From Eledone cirrhosa (lineage: Eukaryota), in NCBI GenBank assembly GCA_964016885.1, contig OZ024745.1, positions 45,384,001 through 45,448,000 on the forward strand: 64,000 bases of DNA. Reading direction: 5' to 3'. Made by a program: the position numbers and the translations under genes. Below, piece after piece: positions 56,500-64,000 of this stretch. Below the pieces are notes generated by a model, which saw nothing but the letters and a program-made list of their open reading frames with translations, searched no databases and had not been told where the DNA came from. Each line of letters opens with the position of its first letter. The first letter of the stretch is position 1.

Positions 56500-57260
56500 A
56501 GGTGTACCGGAAAGAAACGTCATTTTTTGTAAAATGTTATAAATAAAAAGAAGCACAATATTAACAAACTTATTCATCAACATCATAATCACCATCATTA
56601 GAAATAGCCTTTGTACATCTTACGATGAATTTGTTTTATGCCCTAGTCAAAACGATCTGGCTCTTTGGAAGAAAAAAAAGGAAATAAGTATTGCTTCAAC
56701 CTTTTGGTTACTTGTGAATATTTTCTCACTGATATAATGTTCAAGTGATCTATATAATTGAAAATCTGGTGGTGCTAAGTTTGGAGAGTATGGAGAGTGG
56801 GGTAAAACTTCCCAGCCTAAAGCCATTACTTATTCATGCAATTATTTTGCAGAATGTGGCCTTGAATTATCTTGTTGAAAATGACTCCCTATCTGTTCAC
56901 CAGATCATGATAACAAGAAAGTTCTGCAGTAACAGTTTTCCGTTGTTCCAATAGCTCAAAGTGAATTACATTTCTATCATTCCAGCAAATGCAGAGCATT
57001 ATTTTCTTTTAGTGTGATGCTGGCTTGGGTGATGGAACTGGTGTTTCATTCTTTCAGAGCCATGGTTTCTTATGTTTATTGGTTACAAAAGCAATCCTTG
57101 TCGTAGCTCCGGTAACAATTCAATCAGCGAAAGGTGGTTTTCCATTCCTGATCAACAAACTGTTGCAAAGTATTGAACGCAAAGCTTTGTTGTCTAGAGA
57201 GATTTCATGAGGAACCCAAATCCCCTTCCTATGCACCTTTCTAATTTTCTTAAGATGTTA
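56500..57260 (-). mobile_element. Degenerate mariner transposon
   Basis: Minus strand reads GVIFQQDNSRPH and WEVLPHSPYSPNLAPPDF; ggtgtaccggaaagaaacgtcattttt resembles a terminal repeat. Confidence 0.7.
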
Positions 57261-58547
57261 CTGAATAGTGGACTAATGTTTATTAAGTGTCTGGGACAAT
57301 TCAGAGAAGTAGTTGCTCTACCTGAAGTGACTCTCTGATCTCCGAGTTACGCACTCTTTCGAGTAACGTCACTCTAATGACCGTTCGGAAGAACATCGTG
57401 GATAGTTCTATTTCTAGCCTTAAAATAAATATATGGAATTGAAATATTTACTAATATAACTCAGGAGATATAATATTATTTCAATGTGGCTACAGTTTAA
57501 GTGTAGTGGGAAATCTCTCCTGCATGCAAGCCTACTTCATGTTAGAACTATATAGTTAACTATATTGGATTGAAGCTCTTTAGTATCATAATTTCGTTGT
57601 TCAACGATATAATTGCATAGAGTGTTCATTATATACTGATGTTGATGATCCTCATATACACCACCACCAGCAATAACATTATTAACAGTTTCGCACAATC
57701 CTCATCATCTCTTCAACGACATACACCATGATGCCACTACACTTATCATCTTAACTATTTCAACAGACATACACCTATGTCATTATTCTTACATGGTTTC
57801 TTTGCCGATATTTTAAGCGAGCTCTTCACAGTATCATAAATAGTGGCAACTTTTAAACAATCTTGCATACTTACTGCATTCTTTCTTTCTACTATTTTCT
57901 ATTTTGTATCTCATTGTTTCATTATTAACACATATCTATCTAGGTATGCATGTGCGTGTGCTAGTAGTAGGTAGCTAGGTCGGTAGGAGCATCATAGATA
58001 GATGGATAAATAGATAGATAGGCAAATGTATGTATATACTCTAATGCATGCATGTATGCCTGTAAACAATATACTAATAATTTATCTAGCGTAAACAACA
58101 TTAGTTTATTTATTCGATTTTGAAACCAACATAAAGCAATATACATTTTTGCGAAAGAATACACTCAACGAAGATCAAACCGATCATAACAGGGTGTCAT
58201 GAATGAGAGTAGTAGTCCCTAAACACGTTGGTTTCATACACACACACATACATATAGCTATACATACCCCCCCCCCCCATACATATTTATCTACATAATA
58301 TTAGGTATACATCGAAGCTGAATCTGCAACAGGGCAGCAAATTAATTATTTTAAACGTGAATTCTTTTACCTGTAGATGTCTGTTTCATTTTACTTGTAA
58401 TCTCCTATATATATATGTATATATGTATATATGTATATATGTAAATACACACACACACGTATATATATATATATATGCAAAACCTATCGTGTCCTCTCTG
58501 GATTTTGCTCTCCGTACTTGTTATTATTACTACTATTTCGCTCAAGA

Positions 58548-58725
58548 GCGGTGAATTGGCCGTATCAATAGACCATCAGACAACATGTTTTACAGCATAG
58601 ACGTACAGTCCAATACGTTCTAAGTTAAAATCCCTTACGGGATCGACAAAATAAACCACCAGTAGTGCACTTTCCCCTCTACCAACAATTTATTGACCCT
58701 GTGCCTAAATAAGAAACCGTTATTA
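58548..58725 (+). mobile_element. Degenerate SINE family A
   Basis: gcggtgaattggc...cttacgggatcgacaaaataaa...ccctgtgcctaaataagaaacc. Confidence 0.55.
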
Positions 58726-58913
58726 TTATTTGTCTCATTCGGTAGAGCACTCTTCGTACATAAAAATCATCATGCAGTTACAACAATATTTCTACCAAAA
58801 CTATTCCGTAATATTTTCGAAACGCTTATATCAGCGTCCAATGTTTGATATATCTTAGTTTCAGATGATCTCGCATAAGGGTGAAAGCAGAACTTGTTTT
58901 CTTACACTTATAA

Positions 58914-59161
58914 AGTCTAAAGTCTAAAGTCTGTCTTAAGCCAGAAGGCTCATTTGGCCGTTCCTTATCCCGGTTTCATGGCGCGAAGCGACTGAGAGTA
59001 CAAGACTCCCTCCTGGTACTCATTTTCAGCTGAGTATACTGGAGCAACGTGAAATAAAGTGTCTTGCTCAAGGAAACAACACATCACCGGGTCCGAGAAT
59101 TGAACTCACAACTTTTAGATTGCAAGCCTAATACTCTAACCACTAAGGCATACGCCTTCAC
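58914..59161 (-). mobile_element. tRNA-derived SINE with (TTTAGAC)n tail and 14-bp TSD
   Basis: tcttacacttataa at 58900-58913 and 59162-59175; family-B head and core. Confidence 0.85.
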
Positions 59162-59271
59162 TCTTACACTTATAATCTGTGCTAAAAACATATGACCATC
59201 AGTGTACGCAGCTGAAACTCTAGAGTAATAAAGCCCACCATAATAAATGATGAGAATATATATATATATGA

Positions 59272-59478
59272 AGGCGTGTGGCTGAGTGGTTAAAGAATTG
59301 GATTCACAACCGTGAGATTGTGAGTTCGGTTCCTGGACCGAGTGATGTCCTTGAGCAAGACATTTTATTTCACGTTGCTCCTTCTACCTGGAGTTGCGAC
59401 CGATAGGTAGTATTAGCAATTGGAAAGACCGACAGAAACATTGTTTCTTCGGTCCGATTTGACGAAAGTCGATCGTTC
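59272..59478 (+). mobile_element. tRNA-derived SINE (family B)
   Basis: ggcgtgtggctgagtggtt (A box)...gagttcggttcc (B box)...ccttgagcaagac. Confidence 0.82.
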
Positions 59479-61082
59479 CTTTTATATATATATATATATA
59501 CACCGATAAACTATATATATAAATATATAGTTTTACATTGAAAGTAGTTCTCAGAGTTTGATTAGCTCTATAGCCGGAATTCGAGGGATACGGAATACGA
59601 ATTTACTTAGCGGCAGCTGGCCACCTTTTCCCGTCTCTAGGAGTAGTTTACCCAATTTTTAAGCTATTATTTATAACAATCGAATGTTGTACAGTTATTT
59701 TCTACTTTGGGAATTCCTACATTTTCTATCAATTTCTTTGAATTAATTGTTCCCTTGTTCTAATATTTCCAATGGAAAGTTCATAATGAAATTATTTTGT
59801 GTTAGTTTGATTATTAAATTTTCTCGGACACAAATATATAAACTGATTAAGTGTACAGATAGTATGAATTCACCTACATCTGAAGGAGTATAGTAAAGAA
59901 CTTATTGAAAATAACACATCTTTATTTGTACTACGGTAAAAATACACATGAAATTGACAACTACTACCTTAGCTTTATTTCTGGCTGTAGAAGTGATGGA
60001 CATATAATACTAATGAATCTAGTCTGTTTTAAATAATGTAGGAAGGAATTTAAAGACCACTGGCATACTTATTGTCCTTTATATCTCTTTCAAGATAAAG
60101 TCAAATAGCTAATGTCCCTAAATACCTCTTTTTTATAATATCTAATGATATTTGTTAAATGTCAGTGAGATGAAATATTTGTGATGATCAATCATTTTAA
60201 AATGCCTTTGTCATGGGTTTTTGGGTATATGTTAGAATTTATGTTATGTCATTATATTTTATGAATATGTATGTGGCATATTGTATTTTCTTTCTTGTGA
60301 GTGATGGCCTGTTCATTGGTTTATAATAATAGATTTGAAAAAGCATAGTTCACTTTGACCTTATGATTTATTTTACTTTATAATCAATTTATTATCTTAG
60401 TAAATAAAAGGATATGTAATGCTGTGATTGAAACGGAGGCTATAAGCCTGTTATCAAAGCAAATTGTCATGAATTGATTAAAGAAAGAAATTATCTCTTT
60501 TTAAACGTCAAATACTTTTTCTCCTATACTTTATTGAGTCTTTGGATACTCTACAATCAAATTAGGAAAGGGTTAATCAATTTCCATTAAATAGCTTCAT
60601 CTAACAATTTGTTTAATATTAAGTTTAAATTCGTGTTTACAATTCATGCAGTTTTTTTAATGATAAAATAACGGTTCCTGTGCAAAGATCATTACAGGTA
60701 AAGCATAATATGTACTGAGAGATCCCGATAGAAGGAAGAAACGTATATTATAATGCTTTTCTTCCTTTGTTAAGAGATATAGATAGAAACCTTTATACGT
60801 GACTAAGTTATATATTTAAATTTCAATGATTGTACACATGGAAAGCCTATCAGATAGCAGAAATAATATATTTCCCTCTTAAGTATTTTTATTTTTAAAG
60901 GGTGTGTGTGTGTATGTATTAGCCACTTGCAAGCTTCCTTTGTTCTCGAACATATTCATATGGTAAATGAGCGTTTACTCTGATGTCAATATATTAATTC
61001 GTCCAAGTGGAAGGGGACAAGAAGCCTACAAATGGCATCTGAGTCCTTTACTGAGGGCACCAAGCCAAGTTGTGATCACATT

Positions 61083-62572
61083 TTGTCTACTAATGTAAGG
61101 TTGAAACACCCACGTCCCGTAGGGCCTACATAGGGTTAACCGCCAATAGATTCAAGCAGCGTCTTTACATGCATACCCATTCTTTTCGTTACCCTCTTAG
61201 AAGGAATATGACGTCACTTTCAGCTTATATCTGGAGTCTAAAAGACAAACACACCCAATATAAGTTACACTGGGAGAACCTAGCTAGGGCTAGATCGTAT
61301 AACGGAAATAAAAGACCATGTGACCTCTGCGCCGCTGAGGCCCTGGAAATACTCTACGCCACAGACCACATCTTAAACAAAAAATCTGAGGCAATTTTGG
61401 CTTGTAACATAAATTGCACAAAGCTTTCCTGTATTACAGCCCCACGTTATACCCTAACGGATAGTACGATCTATACGTGGATATTTTATGTCTTGATGTG
61501 GTAGCTAAGTATATGTTTTCTTTATACCATTACTTATTTGCATAGGAAAGTATATATTACCTGTATCTTTTGTGAAGATACGTATACTTTCTCGTACGTA
61601 TATTTGATTGTATATGTTATGGCGTATAATTTTATATATTCTGGTACATATGGTTTGGTTATGTGTATACGGGAGTTTTGCGTCTGCGTGAGTATGCAGG
61701 TTCGTACAAATGTAGGGTGTGTGTATATGTGTACTTCATGTTTTGGTTGACTTACGTCTCCGAACATTTGTGTATTTACATGTAGGTATGTGTGTGCGCT
61801 TGTTATATACGTATTTATTTATTTATATATGTTTATTTAATTATTTATTTATTTGTATACACGCACACACACACACACACACACATATTTATATGTGCGT
61901 GGTTTTGTATACCTATGGCAAATATTTTCGCGTATGCTTGTGTATGTACGTATTTGCATGCGTGTATGTATTTATTTAATTTCTATTACCTCTGCATTGT
62001 ATTTATTTACTTTATTCTTCACTCTGAAGCGGAGATTCATTCGGTTTCCTAGTTAGAATTTTAGTCTACGACTTCAGCTATACCATTTACGTGGTTTTGT
62101 CTTTGCGTGCAATTGTTCTCCACACTCCACATATGACGTATTATCTTCGTTTTTTCCGTTCATTGCCAGAGAACGTCTCTATGAACCACCTAAGAGAACA
62201 TTAGTCTACGACTTCTTTTATACCATAAACGTGGTTCTGTCTTTGCGCGTAATTGTTTTTCATCGCTCCTATTAATGACGTATTATATTCGTTTTTTCCC
62301 GTTCTTTGCCAGGGAACGTTTCCACGAACCAAAGTATCGTCTTCCTGTCTTCCTCCGGTTGCAACGTTTTTTGAAATATCGACTTCTGCGTTTACAGATT
62401 GACTTTGTTAGTTTCAGAAGATCCCGTTAAGGGTGAAAGCAGCGATTCTTTGCTTAAACTTTAATCTGTTATTTTAATAAATATTTGCTCTACGGTTCTT
62501 ATATATTTGATGTATATTTATCCTTATCGAGCCCTCTTTGGATTTTAGTCTTCAAATTTATTATTATTACTA
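61083..62572 (+). mobile_element. 5'-truncated copy of the Penelope-like element (GIY-YIG end plus complete pLTR and tail)
   Basis: Near-identical reverse complement of 33992-35330, with one extra internal repeat; ends in (TA)n. Confidence 0.92.
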
Positions 62573-62594
62573 TATATATATATATATATAGTTA

Positions 62595-62815
62595 AGGCGC
62601 GTGGCTTAGTGGATAGAGAGCTGGGGTTTCCCATCGTGAGGTTGCGAGTTTGATACATGGACCAGGCGATGCGTTATGTCCTCGAGCAAGACACTTTATT
62701 TGACGTTGCTCTTTCTGCCAGGAGTTGCGACCGGTAGATAGTACCAGCCATGGAAAAACCAAAGGAAACATTATTTCCTTGGACCGATTTGAGGTCTGGG
62801 ATCTTGTCGATCGAT
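62595..62815 (+). mobile_element. tRNA-derived SINE (family B)
   Basis: ggcgcgtggcttagtgg...cctcgagcaagacactttatttgacgttgctc. Confidence 0.78.
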
Positions 62816-62816
62816 T

Positions 62817-62858
<42 letters not shown>

Positions 62859-63319
62859 GTGTGTATGTGTGTGTGTGTGTGTGTGTGTACATATATATAT
62901 ATGCGTGTATGTGTCTAAATAATAAAATAATAACCTCATATATATGCATATAAATGTGGGTATAACCAATCACTTTTGTTTACATGATATTGTCTGCAAT
63001 TTTCTTTATTTACCATAGCTTTAAATTGGAGTACACCGGCGTTAGCTAACTACACGTTCTACTCAGTTGATATAGTAATCAAAGACAAGAACTATATTCG
63101 TGGAATCGAATCTAATATTGAAGGCACAGTAAGTAATATGTTTGACAGAATTCAAAACTTCTTGATTGCATCTAAATATACCATTTTGCTTATTGTATTT
63201 TTCACCACATATTCCTATATCTACAAATAAACACAAAAATCGAAATATATTCATTGATATTCACACCTTAATATATGCGGCGTCTGTTGAAAATGCACGT
63301 GGCATTGAACTAAAACAAA

Positions 63320-64000
63320 CAAAAATACGTACTTGGTAGGGTCCAATTGTTAAACCCTGTGAAATAAGCCTCATTGTGTCGCCACGTTCGTAGCGTAACG
63401 ATACATTAGTCTTGAATGACTCTCGGCGCCACAGTTACACTCTGTATCATGTCCTCTGTCCTCTCTGCTCTCAAAGTGCAAGCTTTTCAGTGACGTGTTT
63501 TTTATTTTTGCTTTGTTTTTGGAAACGACCACAATCAGAAGGAGTAATCTGTGGAGGGTAAGGAGAATGGAGAATGAGCAATGTGCATTTCTTTGCTCTG
63601 AAACCTTGGATCCCCTACACTGACTGAGCCGAGATGCTGTAATGATGCAGCTGCCTGTTTTGCAAGGTATACTCATCCGGTCTCTTGCGCCGAATTTCAC
63701 CACGAAGATGTCGAAGGACTCTCTGCTAGTACTCCTGTCTTACTGATTGTCTTTCTGGTGCGCATTCGTGATGCACAAGAAGACAGGTAACATCACCTTG
63801 ATTGTGTTCCGTACCTGACATACTTCTCTGGGAATTGGGGATGTTGGATGATTCCACTGTGATGACTGAGCCTTGGTTTCCATCATGTCTCTAGTTATCA
63901 TAGTATTCAGGAACTCAGGACCCTTTTTGGCCATATCGGGCGAAAATGGGACGAGTAAGTAGTACAGCACCTCACATCATGGCTGCTTGACAGCGACTGA
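63320..64000 (-). mobile_element. Degenerate mariner transposase fragment, running off the window end
   Basis: FLNTMITRD...ETKAQSSQWNHPTSP...VKVML-like segment, IRRKRP, WQLHH and HSPYPPQITPSD (decayed HPPYSPDLAPCD). Confidence 0.8.

Noticed and set aside
59272-59345. tRNA gene-like A and B boxes
   Set aside because: The sequence continues into a SINE core, has several diverged copies and lacks an intact cloverleaf.

Overview
Eukaryotic, AT-rich, microsatellite-dense animal DNA; the SINE types and repeat landscape suggest an octopus/cephalopod (inference). The window is mostly intron of one + strand host gene. Four coding exons (17931-18170, 40583-40879, 53702-53961, 54717-54909) splice in frame into cadherin-like domains resembling the RET receptor tyrosine kinase ectodomain, with intron phases 1,1,1,0,1 as in human RET. 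The introns hold a full-length but decayed Tx1/L1-type LINE sitting in (TAA)n, a Penelope-like element (RT + GIY-YIG) with inverted pseudo-LTRs and two more partial copies, RTE, Vingi, CRE and mariner fragments, a hAT MITE and tRNA-type SINEs. There is also a ~610-bp RTE-derived non-autonomous element that forms head-to-tail arrays in (ATGT)n. The most interesting unannotated signal is a set of short fold-back elements embedded in (TA)n. Several carry minimal type-I hammerhead ribozyme motifs, including a perfect 170-bp palindrome with a hammerhead motif on each strand and a family with the U3-A8 compensatory core. They look like non-autonomous RNA elements mobilised by Penelope-like elements. 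All calls are by eye; most ORFs in the supplied track are microsatellite artefacts.
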